Shown one piece after another: positions 8,331 through 16,476 of a stretch of DNA of 44,723 bases; the stretch's first letter is position 1; each line of letters starts with the position of its first letter. Made by a program: the position numbers and the translations under genes. The notes under the pieces are model-generated. The model saw nothing but the letters and a program-made list of their open reading frames with translations. It had not been told where the DNA came from and did not search any database. This stretch comes from Escherichia phage vB_EcoS_fFiEco02. Where the stretch lies: sequence record NC_073316.1; one strand, given 5' to 3'.

Positions 8331-8702
8331 ATGGCTAAGACCGGAAAAGGCTTGCCGCGCAGCCTTCAGAATGTTGACTTCGGCGACTTGGATATCAGCG
8401 TAGGCTGGGAAGAAGTAACAGGTAAACCGGCGGTAATCGCCGCGGGGGCGACCCAAGAGGCGGCACGTACCGCTATTGGTGCAGGTACGTCAAGCCTTGC
8501 GATCGGAACAACTTCGACTACCGCGATGGCGGGAAATAAGTTCGTTCAGGGCGCTGCGGTTACAGACGTCGGCACGCAGACCGTTACGGGTGAAGAGGCT
8601 GCCGCGGTTGCTACGTCCGCACAGACTGCGGTTAACGCGGTAGGCACTCAACTTAACGCCTTACTGGCACAACTTCGTGCCGCTAAAATCATCGCATCCT
8701 GA
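8331..8702 (+). CDS. hypothetical virion protein (Ala/Thr/Gly-rich)
   Basis: 123 aa ORF with SD aagaggt; low-complexity A/T/G-rich sequence; location in head module. Confidence 0.4.
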   Translation: MAKTGKGLPRSLQNVDFGDLDISVGWEEVTGKPAVIAAGATQEAARTAIGAGTSSLAIGTTSTTAMAGNKFVQGAAVTDVGTQTVTGEEAAAVATSAQTAVNAVGTQLNALLAQLRAAKIIAS

Positions 8703-8713
8703 GGAGCTTAAAA

Positions 8714-9049
8714 ATGGTTGATGTAATTAAACGTCGTATTACTGGTGTGTCCGCCGATACCGTGGGTGCTAAAATCGATATGGCAAATATCTCGCCAGCG
8801 TCTTTCTCTTCCGCGCTGGCGGCTACTACCTCCGTTACCACAGGTGGAACCATGACACTGACCGTAACGGGCGGTCTGGAGCCGTGTTCCTACCAGTGGT
8901 ACAAGAACAACAACACCATCGACGGAGCCACCGCAGCTACCTATGCGAAGGCGTCCACTACTACCGCAGATTCAGGCACGTATAAAGTGGTTGTTCACGA
9001 TGTGTATGGTAATATTATCTCCAGCAGCACCGTAGCAACTGTGTCTTAA
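8714..9049 (+). CDS. Ig-like domain protein (possible decoration protein)
   Basis: motif SYQWYKNNNTIDGAT...SGTYKVVVHDVYG resembles an Ig-like repeat; paralogous domain to 4556-5014. Confidence 0.45.
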   Translation: MVDVIKRRITGVSADTVGAKIDMANISPASFSSALAATTSVTTGGTMTLTVTGGLEPCSYQWYKNNNTIDGATAATYAKASTTTADSGTYKVVVHDVYGNIISSSTVATVS

Positions 9050-9085
9050 TACAACGGCCCTTCGGGGCCGTAATAAGGAAAGGTC

Positions 9086-9265
9086 ATGGCAGATAATTAT
9101 GTAATCCGCGAAAAATACACCCACGTTGATGTTGTTGACGGTCAGGTGATACCAGTTCGCGGTGTTGTAGAAGCGGACGATCTGGTTGCAACCCAACCGG
9201 ACAGCGAAGAAGCGCACAACAACGGCGGCGGTACTAAGCGTCGTCGCCGTAAGTCAGAGGAATAA
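9086..9265 (+). CDS. small hypothetical protein (59 aa)
   Basis: ORF below the track cutoff; SD aaggaaagg upstream; basic C-terminus. Confidence 0.3.
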   Translation: MADNYVIREKYTHVDVVDGQVIPVRGVVEADDLVATQPDSEEAHNNGGGTKRRRRKSEE

Positions 9266-9268
9266 TTT

Positions 9269-9781
9269 ATGCCGCTAATCGTGGAAACGGGAGAAATCGT
9301 ACCTGGCGCTGACAGTTACATTAGTCTGGCTGACGCCCGCGCGTTAGCGGCTAATTATGGTCTGGAGCTACCCGCAGACGATACCGCAGCAGAGGTGGCC
9401 TTGCGCAACGGTGCTACTTATGTCGGGCTTGCAGAACCGCAGATGTGCGGGCGACGCGTATACGCCGAACAGTCTCTTGCGTACCCACGCACCGGTGTTA
9501 CGCTAAATGGCTTCCCTGTAGCAAACAATGTCATCCCGAAGCAGGTGATTCTTGCGCAGGTAATCGCCGCTGCTACATATGGCGCGGGTACGGAAGTGCG
9601 GGCCAACTCGGACGGTCGCGCAGTACAGACCGAGCGTGTCGAGGGTGCGGTAACAGTGACCTACTTCAACAACGGCAGCAGTGGGGCTACAACCGCGATT
9701 ACCGCCGCCGACGACGCCTTACGTCCGTTACTGTGCGGTGGTCTTAACAATGGCTTCTCGTTTAATGTGTACCGGGGTTAA
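9269..9781 (+). CDS. head-tail connector/adaptor protein (putative)
   Basis: 170 aa; position between head and tail genes. Confidence 0.4.
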   Translation: MPLIVETGEIVPGADSYISLADARALAANYGLELPADDTAAEVALRNGATYVGLAEPQMCGRRVYAEQSLAYPRTGVTLNGFPVANNVIPKQVILAQVIAAATYGAGTEVRANSDGRAVQTERVEGAVTVTYFNNGSSGATTAITAADDALRPLLCGGLNNGFSFNVYRG

Positions 9782-9783
9782 AA

Positions 9784-10398
9784 ATGGCGAAGACTAAATC
9801 TGAGATATTTACCCTTATAGGGCAGGAGTTACCCGACAACACGACGGGGCTTATCACTCCGGCCAAGCTGCGCGGTGTTCTTACGCAGATGGCTGACTCA
9901 GCTATTTACGCCACTCCTGGCGTTAAAGAGGTTGAAGTTCTCCGTGCCGCGTCTACCGTAACACAAGCGCCTACCGCGGTAGATACGACATTGCAGTTAA
10001 CTTTCGGTCCCGCGCAGGGTAGCGCATCTGACCCGGTAATGATTAATGCAGCGGGTCTGGTTACGTTCAACACTGCAGGCAACTACGCCGTTCGCATCAA
10101 GTTACAGGCGGGGCGCACTGGAGCGAGCGGGACGTCCGTCCTGTTATCGCGCATTCTTCTTAACGGCGCACAGTACGGCTCGCCAGCAGCTACTAAACTG
10201 GTAAGTGCTGATACTACAATCCCGATTGAATCTCGCGTCGTTATTAACACAACCGCAGGCCAGACGTTTGCCGTTCAGATTATGCGGGATAGTGCCGGGA
10301 CCAACTTCGGCGGCGTATACCCGCAAGTTGCTACCGTAACCGCATGGGGTACAGCACCATCCGCATTACTGGTTATTTCGAGACTGGAGGCCGCCTGA
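9784..10398 (+). CDS. hypothetical structural protein
   Basis: 204 aa; tightly packed in the structural operon. Confidence 0.4.
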   Translation: MAKTKSEIFTLIGQELPDNTTGLITPAKLRGVLTQMADSAIYATPGVKEVEVLRAASTVTQAPTAVDTTLQLTFGPAQGSASDPVMINAAGLVTFNTAGNYAVRIKLQAGRTGASGTSVLLSRILLNGAQYGSPAATKLVSADTTIPIESRVVINTTAGQTFAVQIMRDSAGTNFGGVYPQVATVTAWGTAPSALLVISRLEAA

Positions 10399-10492
10399 TG
10401 AATAAGTTCACATGTGGTGTAGTTTTTGGTTTTCTTACCGCGGTAGTCTTGCACAGTTACGGTGTTCTTTTGACGCTGCAAGAGGTGCTAAA

Positions 10493-10852
10493 ATGAGCAC
10501 CGCTTTCAGTAAACGTATGCAAGGCGTCGGCACACGCCTGCTAACCAAATTCGGTAGCACGGTATCTCTTGTTCGCGCTGGCTCGAAAGTGTGGGATGAA
10601 GTTCTCGGTGAGTATGTCCGGTCCGCGGATGAAGTGCTGCCGTTGAAAGCTGTTCCGGTTCCGGTAAACGCAAGCCTGGTAAACGGTACGACGATTCGGG
10701 CGGGCGACATGATTGTTAAAGCCGATTGCAGCGTCGTTCCGAAGATGGAAGACAAGGTACAATTCGGCGGCGAGCAATGGTCTGTCGCAGGTATCGAGAA
10801 GAAGATGGTTAACGATGATGTCGTGGCGTATTTTATTCAGGTGAGAAAATGA
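10493..10852 (+). CDS. head-tail joining / tail completion protein (putative)
   Basis: ATG at 10493 preceded by SD aagaggtg; track start 10412 is an upstream alternative start. Confidence 0.4.
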   Translation: MSTAFSKRMQGVGTRLLTKFGSTVSLVRAGSKVWDEVLGEYVRSADEVLPLKAVPVPVNASLVNGTTIRAGDMIVKADCSVVPKMEDKVQFGGEQWSVAGIEKKMVNDDVVAYFIQVRK

Positions 10853-11244
10853 GTTTCGCGCTTGATGTCTCTAAGTTCGTGGAAAAGGCGAAGAAGAATC
10901 CTGAGAAGGTGATGCGTCAGGTGTCTATTAAGCTGTTTTCCGCTATCATAAAGGCGAGTCCGGTAGATACAGGCCGCTTTCGTATGAACTGGATGGCATC
11001 TGGCGGTACTCCTGCTTCCGGGGTTACAGATGCTACGGATAAATCAGGAAACACGGCAACCGGAAACGCTACAAGTTTCGTACTGAAAGACGCAGACTGG
11101 CACGAGTTCACGCTGACAAATAATCTGCCGTATGCACAACGGCTGGAGTATGGCTGGTCGCAGCAAGCGCCACAAGGATTTGTCCGGGTGAATGTGTCCC
11201 GCTTCCAGCAACTCATTAACGAAGAAGCCAACAAGGTGAAATGA
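10849..11244 (+). CDS. neck/tail component (putative)
   Basis: 131 aa; ATGA overlap with the neighbouring gene suggests translational coupling. Confidence 0.4.
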   Translation: MSFALDVSKFVEKAKKNPEKVMRQVSIKLFSAIIKASPVDTGRFRMNWMASGGTPASGVTDATDKSGNTATGNATSFVLKDADWHEFTLTNNLPYAQRLEYGWSQQAPQGFVRVNVSRFQQLINEEANKVK

Positions 11245-11657
11245 TGGGCTACTTTGAGGACTTAACCAAAGCATTTGATGTGCCGCTGGTAGCCTTCGGA
11301 ACAACCAACGGCATCAAGGTCTCGCTTGAAAACATCGACGCGCCGACGTCAACCGATACGCCGTATCTGGCAAGTTACATGTTACTTGCGGATACAGAAC
11401 AGGCGGATTTGTTCTTCACAGAACAACGCTCAGGTGTTTATCAGGTCGACATTAACTACGCATCGGTGGAAGGTAGCGCGCCAATCAATAAAATGGCAGA
11501 CTTACTTAACACGGCATTTAAAGCAGGTAAGTCATTTTCACGTAACGACATCTGCGCCGAGGTTCAATCGGTAAGCCTGGGGCCGCTGATTGTAGAAAAC
11601 GGATGGGCCAAACGACCATTGTCAATTAACTTTATTGCATTCACCAAGAGGCTGTAA
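11241..11657 (+). CDS. tail component (putative)
   Basis: 138 aa; overlaps the upstream stop. Confidence 0.4.
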   Translation: MMGYFEDLTKAFDVPLVAFGTTNGIKVSLENIDAPTSTDTPYLASYMLLADTEQADLFFTEQRSGVYQVDINYASVEGSAPINKMADLLNTAFKAGKSFSRNDICAEVQSVSLGPLIVENGWAKRPLSINFIAFTKRL

Positions 11658-11659
11658 AT

Positions 11660-12826
11660 ATGGCTACAACTCCTTTTAAGGGCGCGAATACAGCGCAATT
11701 CTATGTGGCGGAAGTGACCCCGGGCGTAACCCCAGACAACCCTGTCTGGTTGCCGTTGCGCAATACGGGCGGTGTTCCTGCGGTAACCCGCGATGTGCTG
11801 ACCTCCAACGAACTCGACGGCAGCCGAGAAACTACATCCATCCGAACCGGCAACAAACAGGTTAGCGGGGAGTACGCCATCGAACTTAGCTCCCGTAGCC
11901 AGGATGATTTCCTCGCGGGTGCTATGGCTTCTACGTGGCAAGATGGGGTAGAGATTACGGGTGCAGAAATTACGGTCGCTCCAGCAGGTAAAACATTCAC
12001 CCGCGCTGCTGGTGACTTCATTACTGACGGTGTAGAAGTTGGCGACCTGATTGCGTTCACCGACTTAACCGGCGACAACGCAAAACCGTTTATCGTGACC
12101 GAGGTTTCTGCTCTTGTAGTTACGGGTTCTGGCATTCAACACACGCTGACAGCAGAGACTGTAACCACCGGCGCTAAAACTGGCGATAAACTGGAAACCG
12201 GTAACGCGTGTAAGACGTTCTCCATCATGACATGGTTCAAAGGACAGTGCGGGAACCCTAACGCGTACATGTTAACCAAAGGCGTGGAAATCTCCGGTTT
12301 CACCATTGAACAGGCCGTAAACGCGATGGTGACAGGCAGCTTCCCGTTCATCGGCCTGAGTCAGGAGATTCTTTCCAGCCCGCCGGCAGGTTCCAACTTC
12401 TCTCAGGTCACATTCACTGACAAGCCGTTCTCATCCGTAGATGTGTCTGTGTTCGATGGTTCTATGCCGTTGCGTTGCGATACTCTGACCATCACCAACG
12501 ACAACGGTGCTTCCGCGCAGTTCGAACTCGGCAACAGTAGCGTTGCGTTCGTGGAACGTGGCCGCGCGGCTAATACATTCTCCATCTCCGGCAAGCTGTA
12601 CGACATGGCGATGATTCAGAAGTTTATCAACGAACAGCAGGTAGAGATTAACTCTATTCTGGCGGGGGTAAACGGGGCTATGTCTTTCAGCCTGAAACGT
12701 GCCGAGTTGACCGCAGTTACGCCAGAAATATCTGGCCCAGAATCAATCACCCAGAGCATAGAGGGGCAGTCCACCGGCAATCAGTACCAGTCATCTATCG
12801 TAATTCAGCGTATTAGTTACACATAA
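11660..12826 (+). CDS. major tail protein (putative)
   Basis: 388 aa ORF upstream of the chaperone/tape-measure genes; beta-rich composition. Confidence 0.5.
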   Translation: MATTPFKGANTAQFYVAEVTPGVTPDNPVWLPLRNTGGVPAVTRDVLTSNELDGSRETTSIRTGNKQVSGEYAIELSSRSQDDFLAGAMASTWQDGVEITGAEITVAPAGKTFTRAAGDFITDGVEVGDLIAFTDLTGDNAKPFIVTEVSALVVTGSGIQHTLTAETVTTGAKTGDKLETGNACKTFSIMTWFKGQCGNPNAYMLTKGVEISGFTIEQAVNAMVTGSFPFIGLSQEILSSPPAGSNFSQVTFTDKPFSSVDVSVFDGSMPLRCDTLTITNDNGASAQFELGNSSVAFVERGRAANTFSISGKLYDMAMIQKFINEQQVEINSILAGVNGAMSFSLKRAELTAVTPEISGPESITQSIEGQSTGNQYQSSIVIQRISYT

Positions 12827-12933
12827 CTTGTGGTATAAGAAGAGTAAAGGATAGCTTTAGCGGGCGAAAAAGAGAGGGGTCGTGCCCTCTCTTTCCTTTA
12901 TACGGTAAATACACGAGCCTGACGAGGTGAATA

Positions 12934-13566
12934 ATGTTCTTGTATGAAGAATTTGAAAAGATACCAGCATCAAAACGGGCGGTATCATGCCGTAAAACAA
13001 TCTGCGGAGTCGGTGTCAACGATGCAGATTTCACCACCAGTATTTTCAACGGCAAAAAGTCTGTTAACCACCCGGTGTACGATATTTGGTGTGCGATGAT
13101 ATTCAGGTGCTACCATGGGTCCGTTAAGCATCCAACATACTCAGGAGTGGTAGTGTGTGAAGACTGGCTGTATTTCTCCAACTACTTTAAATGGTACAAA
13201 GATAACTACGTAGAGGGTTGGCATGTTGACAAAGATTTGCTTACGGATTCTAAAGAATACTCACCGGATACCTGTATATTTGTCCCAAGAGTTTTAAACA
13301 ACTTTCTAACCGACAGCGCAGCGGCTAGAGGTGACCTACCGATAGGCCTTACTTATAGGAAAACAAACGGCAAGATTCGATGCAGGGTTAATAATCCGCT
13401 AACCGGGGTGCGCGAAAACTTAGGCGATTTTACCGATTTGGATGAAGCCATCAAGGCCAGAACGCTGCGGAAGTTAGAGATAGCCGGAGAACTTAAGCCA
13501 CTTATGGATTCCATAGACGGGAGAATCTATCCGAGGGCCGTTTCTGTAATTAAGGCACAACGATAA
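12934..13566 (+). CDS. HNH-like homing endonuclease with AP2-like domain (paralog of 3983-4552)
   Basis: shared motifs CEDWLYFSNYFKW, GWHVDKDLL, CIFVPRVLNNFL and C-terminal LGDFTDLDEAIKA; SD gaggtga. Confidence 0.55.
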   Translation: MFLYEEFEKIPASKRAVSCRKTICGVGVNDADFTTSIFNGKKSVNHPVYDIWCAMIFRCYHGSVKHPTYSGVVVCEDWLYFSNYFKWYKDNYVEGWHVDKDLLTDSKEYSPDTCIFVPRVLNNFLTDSAAARGDLPIGLTYRKTNGKIRCRVNNPLTGVRENLGDFTDLDEAIKARTLRKLEIAGELKPLMDSIDGRIYPRAVSVIKAQR

Positions 13567-13570
13567 AACT

Positions 13571-13594
13571 AAGGCCCCTTTCGGGGCCTTTTTC
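13571..13594. terminator. bidirectional terminator
   Basis: hairpin aaggcccc-tttc-ggggcctt flanked by A/T runs on both strands; between convergent genes. Confidence 0.55.
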
Positions 13595-13825
13595 TTACTC
13601 ATCAATATTGCTTCGGTACTCCCGTAACTTCTCCAGACTTTCAATTGCTTCCGCTAAGTCTGTCCCGGTATCTTTGTGGCCGCGAAGACCCATGCACAAT
13701 AACTTCTTCAATGCGTGCTGTAACGCCGGGTCGCGTATACCGAATGCGCGTAGTACATCGTAAACGTCTACAGTCATAGTGCTGCCGTAGGTGTTTGTCA
13801 TTGTGCGGTTGTATTTATTTGTCAC
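13595..13825 (-). CDS. hypothetical small protein
   Basis: 76 aa, last gene of the - strand island. Confidence 0.45.
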   Translation of the reverse strand: MTNKYNRTMTNTYGSTMTVDVYDVLRAFGIRDPALQHALKKLLCMGLRGHKDTGTDLAEAIESLEKLREYRSNIDE

Positions 13826-14015
13826 TGTTAACTCTCTTAAATCTGGCTATGCCTGACTCGTTAATGTTGCCTATTTCAAAGAAGCTGCGATATTTAGGCG
13901 AATACATTCTTACATCGCCATTCTCTAGGGTGGTCCCTTCATATACAGCACCTACTTCGAATCCATTTTTCTCCGCGTACGGACTAACATCGGTACATTC
14001 ATACATGTCTTTCAT
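13815..14015 (-). CDS. hypothetical small protein
   Basis: 66 aa, overlaps the neighbouring genes in the island operon. Confidence 0.4.
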   Translation of the reverse strand: MKDMYECTDVSPYAEKNGFEVGAVYEGTTLENGDVRMYSPKYRSFFEIGNINESGIARFKRVNSDK

Positions 14016-15142
14016 CCCAGCATCTCCGGTGAAATAGTTAAACGTGCGACCTCGCCATATTCGGCGCTATAAGTAATTACGTTTGCACTGCGGCCCGACA
14101 TCCACCCACCACGGGAGGCATATGCATCTTTAGCCGCGAGAGTGCGGTGTTGCTCAACAATCATGTTATGGCTTTCTACAATCTTTTGGTGGTGCAGGTG
14201 ACCCACGTGGGCGTAGCTGTAAACACTCTCGCCGAACGCTTTGCGGAACTTGGCGATCATAACCGGTTCGATAGCGTCGAATCGTGCTTTATGCCCATGA
14301 TGGAAGAACAGCGTCGTTTTGCCGTGTTGCACCATCTTGTAAACATCCGGCGACGTATCGACGAACACACGCGGCTCGTTGTCGTATAGCGTACTGAACA
14401 TCTCAGCCAACCAAATCATGCCACTCTCGTCGTGGTTCCCTCGCACAATAAGCAAGCGAACATTTTTATGTTTAACCAGCGCCATATCTACAACACGGCG
14501 CACCATACGAATCATGTAGCGTACAAGTTTCTGATAGCGCGTGTCGGCGTCAAGAACGTGACCACTTGCGGGTGTAACCGCGTCCAGACTATTGAAGTGT
14601 GCAAGGTCGCCCAGCAGGTTAATAACTCCTGTTCCGGCGTCAGGCGCTTTCTGGAACGCAGCATCAAACCAGCGAGAGAACAGGTCTTCCGCGATTTTCA
14701 TATCCCAGTCGTCGCCGCTCTCGTCGGCCCACGCCAGCATACCGAGATGAAAATCAGATACCGTGTAAAGATTGAGTAACTTATCGTCGCGTTTGGCGCG
14801 AACGGCTTTAACAGGCGCAACGGGGGTAATCTCTGACTTCATGCCTTCGATTACGGCTTTCATCAACTCGACCTGACGTTCTGCGTCAGTGTCGGTCTTA
14901 ACCCATTGCAGTTTAGTGTTGCCGAACTCGTCCACCAGAGACGACGTACCTTTAATCTTGTAGCCGTCAGGCACAAGGTGACTAACGTCGCGACCGTGGC
15001 CTACACCTTTCTTAGCCAGCTTCGCTTTACGGATACGGATAACGCGGTCTGAGATGCCGTATTTACGGGCGATGTCGATATTCTTCATACCGGCGTTCAA
15101 TTCTTCCTGCAACTGTTCGTCGGTTATTTTCTTCCGGGCCAT
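14012..15142 (-). CDS. HTH domain + Mre11/SbcD-like calcineurin-type metallophosphoesterase
   Basis: N-terminal HTH-like NIDIARKYGISDRVIRIRKAKL; phosphoesterase motifs SDFHLG, GDLAH, GNHD, HHGH, GHLHH; SD aggaataagc. Confidence 0.6.
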   Translation of the reverse strand: MARKKITDEQLQEELNAGMKNIDIARKYGISDRVIRIRKAKLAKKGVGHGRDVSHLVPDGYKIKGTSSLVDEFGNTKLQWVKTDTDAERQVELMKAVIEGMKSEITPVAPVKAVRAKRDDKLLNLYTVSDFHLGMLAWADESGDDWDMKIAEDLFSRWFDAAFQKAPDAGTGVINLLGDLAHFNSLDAVTPASGHVLDADTRYQKLVRYMIRMVRRVVDMALVKHKNVRLLIVRGNHDESGMIWLAEMFSTLYDNEPRVFVDTSPDVYKMVQHGKTTLFFHHGHKARFDAIEPVMIAKFRKAFGESVYSYAHVGHLHHQKIVESHNMIVEQHRTLAAKDAYASRGGWMSGRSANVITYSAEYGEVARLTISPEMLG

Positions 15143-15206
15143 GCTTATTCCTCGTGCTTAGGATTTGTCCTATTTAACCACAGTGGATTCCTTTAAATAA
15201 AGGCGA

Positions 15207-15533
15207 CTATTTACTTTCCGCGCCTATCGCCCACCCAGTCATTACCATTTGCAGGCGGGTGGCGGTCAGTAGGCTGTAAAACGCGTCCCCGTTTTTCTCT
15301 ACCGAACGTATCACCGTATATGTTACGGCTTGCGGAGGTAGGCCAGATTTACCAACCCCTACGGCAGCATCACACTCGCGAACAGCAGAGTCCTTAAACG
15401 CCTTTACAATAGTAGGGTCGGCTTTCGCAAGTACACCAGAAGTAATAAGAACAGATTCACTAAATACCTGTTCGCACGGGGACCCAAAAGTAGCAAAAGA
15501 CATAAACCCCAGGGATAATACTAATTTACGCAT
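15207..15533 (-). CDS. secreted small protein (candidate superinfection-exclusion/periplasmic factor)
   Basis: 108 aa with N-terminal signal-peptide-like segment MRKLVLSLGFMSFATFG; own strong promoter. Confidence 0.5.
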   Translation of the reverse strand: MRKLVLSLGFMSFATFGSPCEQVFSESVLITSGVLAKADPTIVKAFKDSAVRECDAAVGVGKSGLPPQAVTYTVIRSVEKNGDAFYSLLTATRLQMVMTGWAIGAESK

Positions 15534-15560
15534 AATTATTTCCTCAGTAAGTTACAGGTG

Positions 15561-15589
15561 AATAGTACCCTATTATATTGGGGTGTGCA
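15561..15589 (-). promoter_or_regulatory. sigma70-type promoter TTGCAC-N17-TACTAT with GAATAG-N4-CTATTC palindrome
   Basis: 26-bp identity with the promoter at 5592-5620; drives the - strand island. Confidence 0.6.
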
Positions 15590-15697
15590 AGTAGTGTGCT
15601 AGAATAAGTTTGCGCCTAGTGTCGCACACGAAAAGCGGGTGGTTCCCGTCTGGCGCGTCAACCTTAACCTGTAACCTCTTAACCAAAGGATTAAAGA

Positions 15698-16114
15698 ATG
15701 AAACTTTCTGATTTTTATTTTGCTGACCGCCATGCTGTAGGCACTAAAATGCCTATCCTTCTGCCGAGTGGTAAAGACTCCGGTGAATGGTTGCAGGTCA
15801 TTGGCCCAGATTGTGATGCTGGCGTTCGTGCGGGCCGTGCTTACACCACGGCAATTCGACGCCTTACGGAAGAACTTGCGCCGTTAGATAAAGAGTGCGA
15901 GGCGCTGAATAACTGGGCGCGCTATAACGATGAGAAGGGCTGGCGGGTGATGGACCTGAACAAGCAGCTTGCCGTGGAAATTGTCACCGGTTGGTCATTC
16001 GACGAACCGTTCAGCAAAGAGGCTCTGGCTAACCTGTTTGACCAGTACAGCGGACTGGCAGAAGCCGTAGTTAAGCACCACACCGATAGCCGCGAGAAAC
16101 TCTCGGAAAAGTAA
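15698..16114 (+). CDS. tail assembly chaperone (gpG-like)
   Basis: 138 aa ORF immediately upstream of tape measure; the -1 frame is open from its 3' end into 16204-16476. Confidence 0.55.
   Translation: MKLSDFYFADRHAVGTKMPILLPSGKDSGEWLQVIGPDCDAGVRAGRAYTTAIRRLTEELAPLDKECEALNNWARYNDEKGWRVMDLNKQLAVEIVTGWSFDEPFSKEALANLFDQYSGLAEAVVKHHTDSREKLSEK
16105..16114 (+). other. candidate -1 programmed ribosomal frameshift site (GGAAAAG + stop)
   Basis: Lys codon AAG before TAA can slip to AAA in the -1 frame, which stays open (…KVKALYEF…) into the downstream ORF. Confidence 0.35.
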
Positions 16115-16203
16115 AAGCGCTGTATGAATTTGCGCAATGGTGCTTTGTTGACCGTCACAAGCGTAAGCAATTCGACGACATCGCGGCGGGGCACCAGGCG
16201 GCT

Positions 16204-16476
16204 TTGATTGCAATGGGCGTGATTAAAGAACCGCAGATGAAAGAAACGACGGGGCCAGAATGCCCCGTTTCTCTTATCGACGTGTTCGAGAAATACCGTG
16301 CCATTAAATTCCTACAGCGCGAAACAGATGATACTATCGTTATAATCCCGCGCGATGCGCTCAAATGGCAAGATTTGGTAGCGTTTCGTGATGTCGCCGG
16401 TTACGGCATAAGTTTGTTCGAAGCCGAGGTTATCATGGGCTTAGACGGAATATTTGAGGGCAGAGAAGATGGCTGA
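16204..16476 (+). CDS. tail assembly chaperone frameshift extension (gpT-like)
   Basis: -1 frame relative to 15698-16114 and open from 16090; probably expressed as a G-T fusion rather than from its own start. Confidence 0.45.
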   Translation: MIAMGVIKEPQMKETTGPECPVSLIDVFEKYRAIKFLQRETDDTIVIIPRDALKWQDLVAFRDVAGYGISLFEAEVIMGLDGIFEGREDG

